A stretch of 64,000 nt of DNA from Piromyces finnis finn (taxonomy: Eukaryota; Fungi; Neocallimastigomycota): NCBI GenBank assembly GCA_002104945.1, contig MCFH01000028.1:310001-374000 (forward strand), read 5' to 3'. Made by a program: the position numbers and the translations under genes. Of this stretch, positions 11,936 through 29,231 are shown one piece after another. Below the pieces are notes generated by a model that made no database searches, was not told where the DNA came from, and was given only the letters and a program-made list of their open reading frames with translations. Numbering within the stretch: position 1 is the stretch's first letter; each line of letters opens with the position of its first letter.

Positions 11936-12537
11936 CAGACCAAGCACTATTAGGCGTGGAAAGAGGAGAAAGCAAATCATATGGTTTATGTCTTGGAACT
12001 TTAGCTTTACAACAAGTTTCACAAGACTTTATAAACTTTTTAACATCATAACTAAACTTTGGCCACCAAAAATTTCTACTAATTAATTCAATAGTTTTAT
12101 TAACACCAAAGTGACTAGCAGAAATAGAATTATGATGTAAATTCTAAGACCCTAATTCTGAGTGAAGAAGGAACATAAATTAAATTATCGTAAAGTAAAA
12201 ATCCTTCTTTATCAATTTTAATTTTATTAATATTCCTAATCGGAGGGGACGAAGAATTTTTATCACTTAGAAAACCACAAACTTTATTATATAAATCATC
12301 ATTTTTTAAGGAACATAGAATAGAATTAATTAAAGAATCATCTTTATTAAAAGAGTTAATTACATTACATGAAATAAAATTACAACTAAAATTACTACAT
12401 TCAATATTTTCATTAATCCTATCATTATTATAAATATTACAGATATGATCACTACGTCTGGATAACAAATCAGGTTTACCAGACTTTTTTCCAGCTCTAT
12501 AAATTAACTTAAAATCAAATCTTGATAAAAATTCATA
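11936..12537 (-). mobile_element. Ty3/gypsy LTR-retrotransposon pol fragment (end of RNase H through integrase zinc-binding domain), frameshifted relic
   Basis: It translates YEFLSRFDFKLIYRAGKKSGKPDLLSRR (end of RNase H). After removing one extra T near 12140 it continues LELHHNSISASHFGVNKTIELISRNFWWPKF...VKKFIKSCETCCKAKVPRHKPY, the integrase HHCC domain. I saw no catalytic core or LTRs. Confidence 0.88.
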
Positions 12538-15102
12538 CTAAATTAATTACATAAATATATTTTAATTAACTTTTAAATATTTGTATATATTGAAAGGTTG
12601 AAGTTAATTATAAAAAAAAAAATACAATATACACGTATACACACCATACTTTAATAAGTTAATTTCTTTATACAAAAGGTTTGATTTATAAACTCATATG
12701 ATTTATATTAAATGTAATTTTTTTTAAAATTTTTTTTTTTTTTAAGATTTATTAAAATTTTAAATTATTCCAAAAATAAAGTTTTTCTCGTTGTTTTTAT
12801 GGCGTATATATAAAATGATCTTGAAATAACTTTAGGTTTTTATTTGTATCGAATTAAAGTTCTTTTTTCTTTCGAAAATTTCTAAAATATTTTAGTTTAT
12901 AATGATGCTTTTTTTTTTTTTTTTTTTTTTACCATGTATTATTAATAGACATTTAATAAAGTTTAAAAATTTTAGTAATAAAAAAAATAGTCAATTTTTT
13001 TTTCAACATAATTGATTTATGTTGCTAGATAGTAAAATAAAAAAATATTTATATTATTGATACTTTTATTAATTTTCTAAAAGAATATGTAACCAAATTA
13101 TATTTACATATATATTATGAGGTAAATCATATTTAAATGTATATATATATTTTTTTTTCTTTTTAATATTGTAAGAAAAACTATGTGTCTTACACTTTGT
13201 CCTTTTCTCATTTATTTTTAAATATTTATTTTATGTTAATATTGAAGTTTTGACCAACTGTTCTAATTATAATAAAAGTTTGTAGTATTACTATAAATGA
13301 TTAGTGTAATCAACATGTTAATTATTATTATTCCTTTGAATTACAATTTTTGTTTTTGAAAATATCCTTTTATTTTATTTGTATAATGACATATATTATA
13401 ATTTGCCTTTTATTCATAATATATATAGTAAAAACATACCACAATTAAATAATACTTTAATATAACTATTTAAAATTAAACCATTATTGTGGATGATTTA
13501 ATAATTATACAAATTGTAGAATTCTTTTTTTTTTTTTTTTATTATTAATTATTCCTTTGACAGTTACTTCTTTTTAGGATATTAAACATATTAACATATG
13601 ATAATAAATAAAAATTATCTTTTTTTTTTTTTCGATCGATCATTTTTTATAGTTACTCCAATGATTAAAAAATAAATTAAAATTCTAAATGTTAATCTTA
13701 AAAGACTATTTTATGAATAAGGATATGTGAGTAGACATCTCTATCTAAAAAGTATTTTATTATATTATACTATTTGCCTTTTTTTTTTTTATTTTTTTTT
13801 TTTTTTTATTTATGAAAAGAAAAAAAAAAAAGTAATTATTATTAACATGAAAAATATATGAATTTAATAATAACTTTTAGTATTTAAATTAAAAAGTATA
13901 TTTTTAGAATTTAAACTAGATACAATTTTTATAATTTATTTTTTAACATGATAACAGCAAACACTATTAATCATAAATTCTATAATCTTCCACATAAAGT
14001 TTCATGTAATATATCCTTTTTTTTTTTTTTTTTTATTTTAATTAAATAAAAACATTAAAAAATTCAAGTTTTTTTTTTTTGAGATAAAATTATATTCATT
14101 CTATTATATTGATATTATTTTTACTTTCCCCTCATTCCAATAAAAAAAATTATAGGTATATATTTTCTTAGTTAAGAGAAAAAAACTAAATTTCAAATTA
14201 TTTATATAGGAAAAAAAAAAATTATTATACTGCGCTTTAACATTCTCATTCATAGATCGTAAACAACAGCAATAATATAAAATTTGATAAAGAATTTTTA
14301 TTTACAATAAAAGTTACATTTTATTTATATTATAAAGTTAAATTCTATATTACTAATTATCTTTTTTTTTTTTTTTTTATAGTTTCATTATCATTCTTAT
14401 TCTTATTATTTTTATAAATTTGAGTTTTTTTTTTTTTTTAAACTTTTATAATAGTTATTTATATTTATAACATTATTTATGTACTTGATAATTAAAATAA
14501 ACAATATGTTATATACCTATTTATTTTATTTTTAATATAGGTTTGTTTTTTAATTTTGGCTTTTTTTTTTTTTTTTTTTTTTTTTTGGTTAATTAGTCTT
14601 ATACATCTCCTATATATAATATTACTAGGTTAATTTTTTTTTTTTTTTTTTTTGATTTAATAAAATTTATATTCAATTTTTTTTTAAGTTAATTCTTTCT
14701 TTTTCACAACTTTTATCATTTAGTAAAATAATAATAAAAAAAAAAAAAATGATTGGAATGAAAATTTATATTTCTGTTTTAAATAAAAAATATACTTATA
14801 TAGATGGATAAAATAAAATAACTATTTAAAAAGAGTATAAAAATAAAAGTTTTTTTTTTTTTTCATTTTTTTTTTTTTTTACATATTTATAGAATACTCA
14901 TAATAGTTTGTGTTATTACCAATTTAATTTTTGAAAATCTTAAAATTATTATCACGTCCATTCAATCATTTCCCCAAAATATAGCATTTGAAAAATTTAT
15001 ATTACAATATTTTTACATATTAAAAATCTATGATAGTGATGATGATACCATAGATTTATAAATTTTGTTTCTATCTATTTTTAAATCTTTTAGAATCTTT
15101 TT

Positions 15103-17001
15103 TTAAAGTTTTGATTTTAATCTCTTAATTAAAGGTTCAGATGCGGTAGGTGATTTTTGTATAAATGTAGATGGTGTTACCTTAAAGGATTGAATTAAAA
15201 TATTTTTAATTATATCTTTATCAACTTTAAGAATAATTCTGGCATTAAGTGTTCTTTGACCACTACCTAACCAATCAATACAAGTTAAACCTCTTGCATA
15301 TTTACCTGATAATTCAATATCAACATCTAAATCTTGGTATTCCTTAATTACTGATTCTGGTTCTAATGCACAAACCAAGGTGTATAGGTCACTCATAATA
15401 AATTTTGTAGCATTAATTTGATATTGAAGTACAGCATTTGAGGTATATATAGGTTTTTCAATAGATAATGGGTCAACCACAGATACAGAATTTTCATTTT
15501 TATTCTCGTCTGAAGTTTCTGTATTAGTAGTGTTAGATTCATTAGTTTTTTGAGTATTTATTACTGAACGAGAAATAATAGTTTCGTGTGATTTACGAAA
15601 TAAAATTTCTTTTATTGAATTTAATTCTTTCATTAAATGTGTTAATTCATTTATCGGTGGTGTATTGATTAAATAATCATAAAATTTCCAATCTAAACCT
15701 TGCTCAACTGAAACTTCCCATGGTACTAAGGTAAGTTTTGGCTGAGTATCATTAGGATAATCTGCACTATATTGTTTTGCAGCTGTAAAAACAATATGAG
15801 CAGCTTCTGGATCAAAGTTAAATGCATATTCGGTGACACGTGTAGAATTACCTTTAGCATAAAGACATCCACCCATAACTACAATATTTTTAACTTTAGA
15901 TAAAAAGAAAGGATCTAAACGAATTGCCAAAGCAATATTGGTTAATGGTCCAAGGGAAACTATTGTATATTCATTTGGCTCATTTGTTACCATACGAATT
16001 AATGCTAAAACTGCATGTTCTTTTTGAATATGGTTAGTAATTAAGTTACGTTCATGTAAAGAATATGCATTTAAATTATGAAAACTTGATAATGAATATG
16101 GCTTTTCTTTATTAAAATTCTGGATAATTGGTTTATCACAACCAGGGTATATGGAAATTTTTCTATTTCTTAAGGATGAAACATCCAATAAAGAACAAAG
16201 GTTTAATAATCCTTGTTTTAATGAAACATTTCCCTCTAAATGTAAAAATTAAAGTCATAAAAATTAGATTAGAATAACTATCAATAAAGAAAAATTGGTT
16301 TAAGAAATATATTAATAACAAACTTTAATAAAGAGAATGGAATATGTTACAATAATAGATATTCTTAATAATATACATTTATACATTCATGATTCATTTT
16401 TAATATTCAATTATTATTTCAATCATTTATAATATCTATAATAAGAATAATAAATTTATTTATTATATAAAAACACAAATTATAAATTTATACACAAAAA
16501 AAATTCACTATTCAAAATTATAAACAAACAATCAAACCAATAAACAGCAAAAAAAAAAAAAAAAAGTACTAACACAAAATACAATAAAAAAAAATATAGT
16601 AATGTATAAATATTAATACAAACGATTATCTTATTAATAATATTTAATAATATAGAGGTGCTATGAATAATCTATAAATTTGAAATTAATTGATTTTATA
16701 TTAACAACAATTTCATTTTAATTATATATTCCATTCCTTTTTTTTTTTTTTTTTCAATATTTGATATGTTGTTGTTTTTTTTTTAATAAATCTATTTTTT
16801 TTTTTTAAATAGCATTATGTTTTAAAATATCATATTTATCTTACCAACTACAGTAATGGCTTCTAATTTTGATTTTTCATGTTTTAGTGATACGATAATT
16901 GATATAATATCGTCTATGCCAGAATCTGTATCAATAATTATTCTTTTTTGTGGTAATAGGGTAGAATCACCTTTTATTGCAACATTGATATTATCTGTCA
17001 T
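15103..17001 (-). CDS. Inosine-uridine-preferring nucleoside hydrolase family protein, 429 aa, 2 exons
   Basis: join(17001-16845, 16235-15103) = 157 + 1133 nt, in frame. It has the N-terminal Ca2+-binding signature IIIDTDSGIDD, then VEGNV, LGPLTNIALA, VVMGG...GNS, DPEAAHIVF and GKYARGLTCID. Confidence 0.9.
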
Positions 17002-18719
17002 TATACTTTTATATATATTATAAAACTATTCACTTTTAATAATTTTTATATATCAATATTTATAATAACAAATAAATAATTCAATTAAATAGTAATACAA
17101 AAACGAATAATATTAATTTTTTTTAAAATATCAATAGGTTCAAAGTTCAAATTAATAATTATTATAATTAATTATTAGTGTATACATATATATGTCTTTT
17201 TTAAATGTTTTTTATATTTTAGATTTGATTAACTTTAATTTTTTTTCTTTTTATATTGATAGAAATGAACAAAATAAATATTTAATGTTTATAAAAGAAT
17301 AGCAATATTTTTTTATTTTAATAGAGGATTTCTTATATTTTTATTATTCTACTTTATATTTTGTTGTTGTTGTTGTTGTTACTACTTAACCGTTAATGAT
17401 TTAGATTTACACTTTTTTAACAAGTTAATATTTACGGTGGTAAAAAAAAAGTTTAAAAGAAAAGATGAATTTATATATAAAGAAATAAAATAAAAAAAAA
17501 ATTAATAATTATAATAATACTAATTAATATATTAATTATATTAAATATTATTCCTCTTTAATTCAAACTATTATATCAAACTCTAATAATTTAATATAAA
17601 AAAGTTGATTATAAAATTGACATGATAAGAAATAATATATTATTGTTTTTATATATTTATTATATTATAATATATAATTTATTTTAAAAGGCAACATTAA
17701 TAGTTATTAATAAAATGAAAGTTGAGTAATTTCCATTTAAAGAAATATATGCATATTAATTAAAATTATAATAATAATTAATATAATTTTAAATGTATTA
17801 TAATATATGTTTAGTACATTACTTCATATATTATGTTTTATGTTAATTAAATAGAAGAAATAGAAACTTCATTTATTGACAGAAAATTTAAAGTTTTTTC
17901 TTTAAATATAAAACTTTAAAAATTTTAACCAATAAAATGAAAGTTTTAAAAAATAAAATTTTTAATAAAAAATTTTCTGTTTTTTTCTTTTTATTTCCTC
18001 CATCTTTGCTATCCACCAATAATATCATTGCTTAATATATATTATATATTATTAATAAATAAATACCCATTGAAATATATTATAATATGTTAATTAAAAT
18101 TTAATTATTAAAAATGTATCTTTACCAAGTAGAAAAAAAAAAAAAAGGTCTGTATAAAATGGATAACAACATGAGCTTGTAGATAATACCTTTTACAGTG
18201 AGTAAAACGGACATGATGAACAGTATTATCATTTTTTAAATAAATTTCAAATGTTAGCATTAATAACATCAACTGCAACATCTAAACCTATTTAATATGA
18301 GGTTACCTACAAATATTTAATCGTCCAAGTGGCGTTATTTACTAATTAGGAAATAATAATTAAAGGTCATCGATGGATTATAATTTATATGTACAAACAA
18401 GGAATGATGTTTGCTAAAAAAAAAAAAGAGATCATTATAACATAATAATATAAATATAAAACTTAAACTGACGATTTGTATAATTAAAAAATGGAATCAT
18501 AACGTTTGTCATCCACATTAGACTTTTTTATTTATTTTAATAACAAATAAATTCTATATTTTTTTTCTGTTAAAATAAAAGACGCTTAAGAAATCATATT
18601 TATAAACCTTGTTTTATAATAGAAAATTCTCATATAGCCTTATTAAAAATGCCGTAATTAAAACAAATATTAAGTGTGGAATACAATTTTATAATTATAA
18701 TTACATTTTATGATTTTAC

Positions 18720-18922
18720 TAATAAATAATTGAATAAATAAATAAATAGATGAATAAATAAATAATAAGTAAATAAATGAATAAATAAATAAATAATTGA
18801 ATAAATAAATAAATAGATGATAAATAAATAAATAAATAGATGATAAGTAAATAAATGAATAAATAAATAAATAGATAGATGATAAGTAAGTAAATAAATA
18901 AATAAATAAATAATTGAATAAA
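18720..18922. repeat. Compound degenerate (AAAT)n tandem repeat with recurring variant blocks (aattgaat, agatga, aagt)
   Basis: Read directly from the sequence: about 200 bp of AAAT units interrupted by repeated variants. Confidence 0.85.
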
Positions 18923-19734
18923 TATTATGTGGCGTATAATAATTAAATAATCATATGAATATTATTAATTTTAAATATTTTTTTATATATGTAGAATTGA
19001 AGGAAAAAATTGTATATAATATTATTTTCCTATTTAAGATTTAATATGGAACAATTTTTATATTAAATGAATTGTTTATTTATTAGAATAAATGATAATT
19101 TATATATTAATATATTAAAGTAATATATTATTTAAAAGGTAATATATATAATACAATTAATAAAAAAAATAACCAAAAAAGTAAAATTACATATTAAGTT
19201 TTAGGAATAATTTAATTTGAAATTTATATTTTATAAAAAGTCCTAAAAAAAAACATTACAAATTGAAATAAAAAGATTATTGATATGCCGAGGGAAGGTA
19301 GTATATTTAACAAACTAATTTAATAGGACTTATAACAAAGAATTTGTAATAAAGCAATAAATGAATGACAATTTAAATATACAAACTTTTTTCATTATTG
19401 TATTATAATGAATATGCCCATTTTTTTCCTATAAAGTATTAATGAAATTATTTACTCATTAATAATATATTTTTTTTTATTACATGAAAATCCTTAAATA
19501 ACGATAAAAGCATAGCTTTTTTTTATATACAAGGTTTATTTTACAACAACAACAATACCAGTGATAAAAAAAAACATTAATTATATATTTATATGATGAT
19601 TATTGTTTATTTTTTATTTAAAAAATTAAAATATATAGAATTTATTTTCTTTAACATTAAAAATCTATAATAAAAATATAATAAAATTCTTTTTTAATTT
19701 GGTTTCTTTTCATTATACATTATACTAATAAATC

Positions 19735-23248
<3,514 letters not shown>

Positions 23249-24616
23249 CTACAGAAAAAACCCAATTTAATATAATGAAATTATCGTGAACATATATATG
23301 AATCACAATGGCAGGGTTAAATGTATAAAGTTATACAATATAATAAAAAAAAAAAAAAAAAAAATAAATGGATTGATTGATTAATATTATTAATAAATAA
23401 TATTTATTTAAAATAACAATATTAAACCTTTGCTTATTTTCGAAATATTTATTCCACTTATAAGAAATGCATATCATATTATAATATTTGATATTTCGAG
23501 AAAAAAATTATAATTTTTAATAATACATTTAAAAATTTAAGATGTTCAAAAATTAAGTATATATTAATTATTATTTATTTTTCTTCTTTTTTTTTCTTTA
23601 CTTTTGTCTCGGTCCAAATATATTACTAACTATATTATTATTCATTTATTAAAAGTGTATTATAAATATAAGGTGGTTGGAAATAACAGTTATTTATATA
23701 TATATATATTTTTTGTACTGATAGTTTAATATATTACAATTTTTTTCTTATTTTTAAAAAAGAAAATACATATGGATTAAGTAATAATTTAAAAATAATA
23801 ACTAAAAAAAAAAAAAAAAATAATTTCTTCATTTTATTAAAATTGATTATTAAATAAAATATATGTATATAAAAGCTTAAACATATTATATATATATATA
23901 TATTTAATAAAATTCATAATGAATCTTGACTCTTTTTTTTTTTTTTATTCTTTCATTTTTAGTATTATATAAAAGATGAAAAAAAAGTATTAATATTTCA
24001 GTTTAAATAGATTACAGTTAATTTTTATTAAAATAAAATATTTTATTATTATTAAACTCTATATGAAAGTTTTTATAAAGTTTTAAAAATAATAAATTAT
24101 GTTTCTATAAATATAAATATGAATCCTTAATATAAAAGATTTATTTTATAAATTAAGTTTTGTACCATATTCTAATAACGTTTTTTCTTTTATAATATAC
24201 TTTAACAATATTAATTTGGAAGAAATATTTATAAATAATGTGATATACATTTATATTTTTATAATTTTAATTAATTTCTTTTTTTTTTTTTTTTTTTCTG
24301 TTCATTTTCTTTTTTTTTTTTTCAGATATAATAATTACTTTTTATGTGGTTTATTCAATGAAAAAAAAGTTTATTTAATACAATTAAATAAAATTAAAAA
24401 AAAAAAAAATGCTTCTTTATATTTGATTAATAATATTTTTATATTGATATTATAATTTATAGCTATTTTATACTTTAAATATATATTCATATTCATTTAA
24501 ATTCCAATATATATTATTATTTCATTACAAATTGAAAATTATTATTTTTATATTTATATAATATATTAATTAATATTTGTTATTTGAGAAAAAGTGTGTG
24601 AAAAAGTAAATTTGAT

Positions 24617-27600
24617 ATGTCATTCGGTGAAGGATTCCATGATATACGATCCATAGAGAATTGCTTAAATGATGGTATATTTTAAAATTAAATCAATAAT
24701 ATTATAGAAAAAAAATTTTTTTTTTTTTCTTTTATTAAATATTTTTATTTGCATGTATATGATATATATGGATTTATATTGAAAGGTGTTCAATTTATTC
24801 ATGAATACAAGTATATTTTTAAATAATTCAAATATAATTTAAACTCAATTTCTACGGAAATTATACTTATAAAATATTATATAATATTCATATAAGGGAA
24901 TATTTAAAGGATAGTATACAAATAGATAAAGAATATGTTAAAAACAAACTCTCTATTATTAATAAATATAAGACAAAACAGGAAAAGAGATATACATTAC
25001 CTGAATTAACGTATCATGATTAAACAATATATAATACTAATTATATTAGTATGATTAAATTCAAATATCTAATAAAATTTTTATTATATATAAAAAATGG
25101 AAATAAAATAAAACCAAAAATAAAAAATAGTACATCTCATCGATCATGGATTGTTTTTTTAGGTAATATGGAAAAAAAATGTGAGGATAGAATGAATATA
25201 TTAGAAAAATTTACTTCGGATATTGTAGAACCTCTGAAATTTATAATTAATAGAGGTGAAGAAGAGAAAAAAAAGGTTTATATCAATAAATTCAATACAA
25301 GAAATAAATATATAGGACATAAAATATATATATGATTTAATGCCTTAATATATAAAATTAATTTCTTTTATTAATGAATATTAGCAAATATCATTTTACA
25401 AAAAATTAAACACATTTGTTGATAGATATTGTCAAGAAAATGAAAAAGTATATATCAAATTAAAAAATTTTTCCTTTTTTTAAGAATAGTTATTTAAAAT
25501 CTTGATATTTTTAAATAGTTTTCCAGTATTCTATTTAAAATTTCCATAATAATTAATAAATATTTAATAATATATATATAAATCGAAAATAAATATTAAA
25601 ATTATAGAATAGTATGAAATACCATGAATCTTGTGATATTGTTATGGCATCAAAAAAGAAATGTGACAAAAAACAGGATAAATTAGATAAATCACTTAAT
25701 AAAAGTTGTGGTGAATTATTAGAGGTACCAGAAAAGGGAGGTGGTGGTGCAGCAAGCTTATCCATTAATACTAAAAATTTAAATACATCAAGAATCCTCG
25801 TACCATCAGCATTACCATCAGCATTACCAACAAGTTTAATGTCCGCATTACCAACTGGAAATCAATTATATGTTGATGATAATTTGTTTCCAGATATGGA
25901 TGATACAGACAATGTAGAATCAAATTCTAGTGATAAGAAAAAAATAAAAAAGGTATCTTAATGATATTCAAATTTATTTAAATTATATTTGAAATATTAA
26001 AAAAAAAATTTAAATTGTAGGGAAAAAAAATTCTTAATCCGCTAATAAAAATGAATAATAAGAAGGTAATCATATTAAAAAATTTAAATAATATTTCAAT
26101 TTATTTAATTAAAATCTTTATATTTCAAAATAGAATTTTTATGTAATGTCATTAAAAGTTGCAAATGCATTAAGAAATAAATTTTTTGAAGAAGATACTC
26201 CTTTTGTATTTAATGTAAAGATAATATTTTATTAAAAGCATATAAAATATTTTTAAAATAATTTAATACAATTTTTATTGATAATATAATATATATTATT
26301 ATTTTTATTATAAAATAAAAAAAAATAATATAAAAAAAGGAATTGCAATCCATTAATGAATCAATGTATAAAAGCTTTAAAGATATATGTATTCGTCAAA
26401 TGCAGTATGAAAGAGAATTAAGTAATATTTACAATGAAAGAGATGAAGAAATCATGAGATCATTAAATTCAATTAATATTCCAAAAGATACAGAAATTTA
26501 TATTAGGTGTTATTCGAAGGAATGGAATAAACCTGAAATAATACCATTTATTCCAACAACACATTGGGAAGATAAAGAAGAATTAGTTATTGATGGTCCA
26601 ACAAGTATTGTTTTAAAAAATATGATTCAAAAAGGAAAAGAAAGATTAGATAAAATTGATTTAGGAATCAATTCTAAAACTAGTGAATTTAATAAATTTG
26701 AGATGTTATGTAATTCATATAATAACAGTAATCCAAACTATACCTTTGGTGAAATTGATGTTATAAAAAATAAAAAGAATGATATCATGCAGAATATAAT
26801 CATGGCAAATAATATTAAATTAATATGTAAAGTTCAAATTAATGAAATTTCAAAATATATTGAGAATGAACCTAAACCAGAACGTCAACATCTCTTCAAA
26901 CCAAAGAAAATTATTAATCCAACAATATGTGATTACTGTAAAGAAAAATTATGGGGTAAAGCTTACACATGTAAATTGTGTACTTTTTCATGCCATATAA
27001 AATGTGAATTAAAGGTTCCATTAGAATGTAATGGTGTAAAAACTAAAAGAAAATCATTACGTATTAATTGTAGTCAATTATCAGGTATGGCATATAATAT
27101 ATATAGCTTTGATTATTTAATATTAGATAAAAAATTATTTAATATATAGTCAGATACATGAAATTAATTTATATTTATATTTGTTTGAAAAGATGGAAGT
27201 CAAAATGTATCATCACCATTTAAGTTTAAACCATCATTTGGTATTGGAAATATTGCAAAAATAAAAGAAGAAGATGAAATGAGTGAAGGTGGAAATATTG
27301 AAGAAGAAAGATTAAATAAAAACGATTTTGGTGAATTATCAGAAAGATCATTACTTAAATATACTGTTAAAAACGAGGCTAATAAATCTAAACTTAATCA
27401 AAGTTCAGAGTTTGAAGATAAAATGAATAACTCTTTCAGTTGTAATTTCAAAGAAATTTTATGGTATATTGATAACAATGAATTCCCTTCTATTACCGCT
27501 GATTCAATGGTAGATATGCCAACTATTGGTGAATTAATAAAAAAGAATAGTATTATGAATCATGAGGAAATAGAATTGTTACAATCAAAGCAAAAAAGAA

Positions 27601-28809
27601 GCTCTTCTGAATATACAAGTGATTCTTTTCAAAGCGTCAATATACCAAATAGTAGAAGTTGCAATAAAATCAGAGATAATAGTATAAACCCATCAACTTC
27701 CAATACTCTGAATAGTATAAATGAGATTTGTAATGAAAATGATATATTAGGAAATGAAACTATTTCAATTATTGATACAAATAATATAAGTAGTAATGAT
27801 ACCAATGATGGTTCTGAAGACTTCACTAGTGATAATGATACCTATGATAGTGCTGAAAGTAATGATAATACTAATAAAAATAATTCATTAAAATTTTATA
27901 ATGAAACTATGAATGATGAGCCATTAAAGGGTAAAGATAAAGAATTAGAAATCGACTTTGATGCTAATCCTGGACCAATGAAGAATTTAACTTATCAATT
28001 ATCAAAATCAAAATCACTTCCAATGTTATATTATGATATTGAAGAAGAGGAAGAAGAAGAAGGTGATAATGAAGAAAAGAAAACTAAACTAGCTATAGAA
28101 AGAAGGAATAGTTATCTTCGTGAAAAATTCTATCTTAAAAACAATATTGTAAATAGGCCGCAAGAAGAAACTTTTACAAAAATGATTGCAATGTATGATT
28201 ATCAACATCAAAGTGATGATGAATTAGATTTATCCTCTAATGAAGAGGTTACTCTAGTTATACCCGGTAAATATTAATTTAATAAATATTTGAAAATTTT
28301 TTAAATTAATAATAAAGTTTCAATAAAAAAATATATAATAAATTTATTATTTAATGAAAATTTTTATTTAATATTGTAGATGATGGTTCCGGATGGGCCA
28401 TGGTAAATTTTAAATTTTTAATAAAAAAAAAAATAATAATAATAAAAAAAAAAAAATTAAAAATTTTAATATATATATATAATATATAGGTATCATCAGA
28501 AAAAGGATGTGGTCTTGTTCCTGCAAATTATTTAATGGAATGTGCACAAGTTAACAAAGATTTTATACCAGATGAAGAGGAAGAGGAAAAAATAACAGTT
28601 AAAGCCGGAGATGTTTTACTCATATTAGAAAAAGATGATGGCTCCGGTTATACAAAAGTAATAATTAATAATTACAACATCTTTATGTTTTTTTTAATGG
28701 TACTCATCTAATTATAATATTATTATATCAACTAAATTTACTAAAATAGGTAAGAGTAAAGGATAAAGAAGGTCTAATTCCATCCAATTACGTTTCCCCC
28801 ATTTCATGA
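24617..28809 (+). CDS. BZZ1: F-BAR + C1 + two SH3 domain endocytic/actin regulator (Bzz1-like), multi-exon
   Basis: It starts MSFGEGFHD, followed by F-BAR-like helical exons (IDKEY; SWIVFLGNMEK). The C1 domain is HLFKPKKIINPTICDYCKEKLWGKAYTCKLCTFSCHIKCELKVPLEC. SH3-1 reads AMYDYQHQSDDEL...DDGSGW...GLVPANYL and SH3-2 reads ...DDGSGYT...EGLIPSNYV, ending at TGA 28807-28809. Confidence 0.85.
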
Positions 28810-29231
28810 AAACAATTATATATAAAAATTACCAACTTTATCGGTTTATCAAATTACTAAAAATACAAATCAAGAAATTTTAATACTATATTTAAAAAAA
28901 AAAAATAATAATAATAAATAAAAAATTTTATTTACGTATATTTTGAATATATAATTTAAATATATATCCAAAAAATAAATCATTTTATTTTTATAATTCA
29001 ACTTTTTAATTCTATAAATATTAATTTATTAAATAAAGGGTATAATTTTCGATAAAAAAAAAAAAACAATATATATAAGCTATATTAATAATAGTTATAA
29101 TATTGTTATTATTAATGATATAACTAAATACAAAAAAATTTAATAACATATATAATAATTTTATAATTATTATATAAAAGTATAATATAAAAACTTTTTA
29201 AATATCATTATTGATATGATTTCTATTAATA

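Noticed and set aside
18140-18600. Moderately GC-richer patch that might be a decayed gene or TE
   Set aside because: All frames are interrupted by stops and I recognised no motif; a translated search would be needed.
18720-18922. Repeat-plus-variant structure that superficially resembles a repeat/spacer array
   Set aside because: It is a low-complexity AAAT microsatellite with no unique spacers and no cas genes, in a eukaryotic context; not CRISPR.
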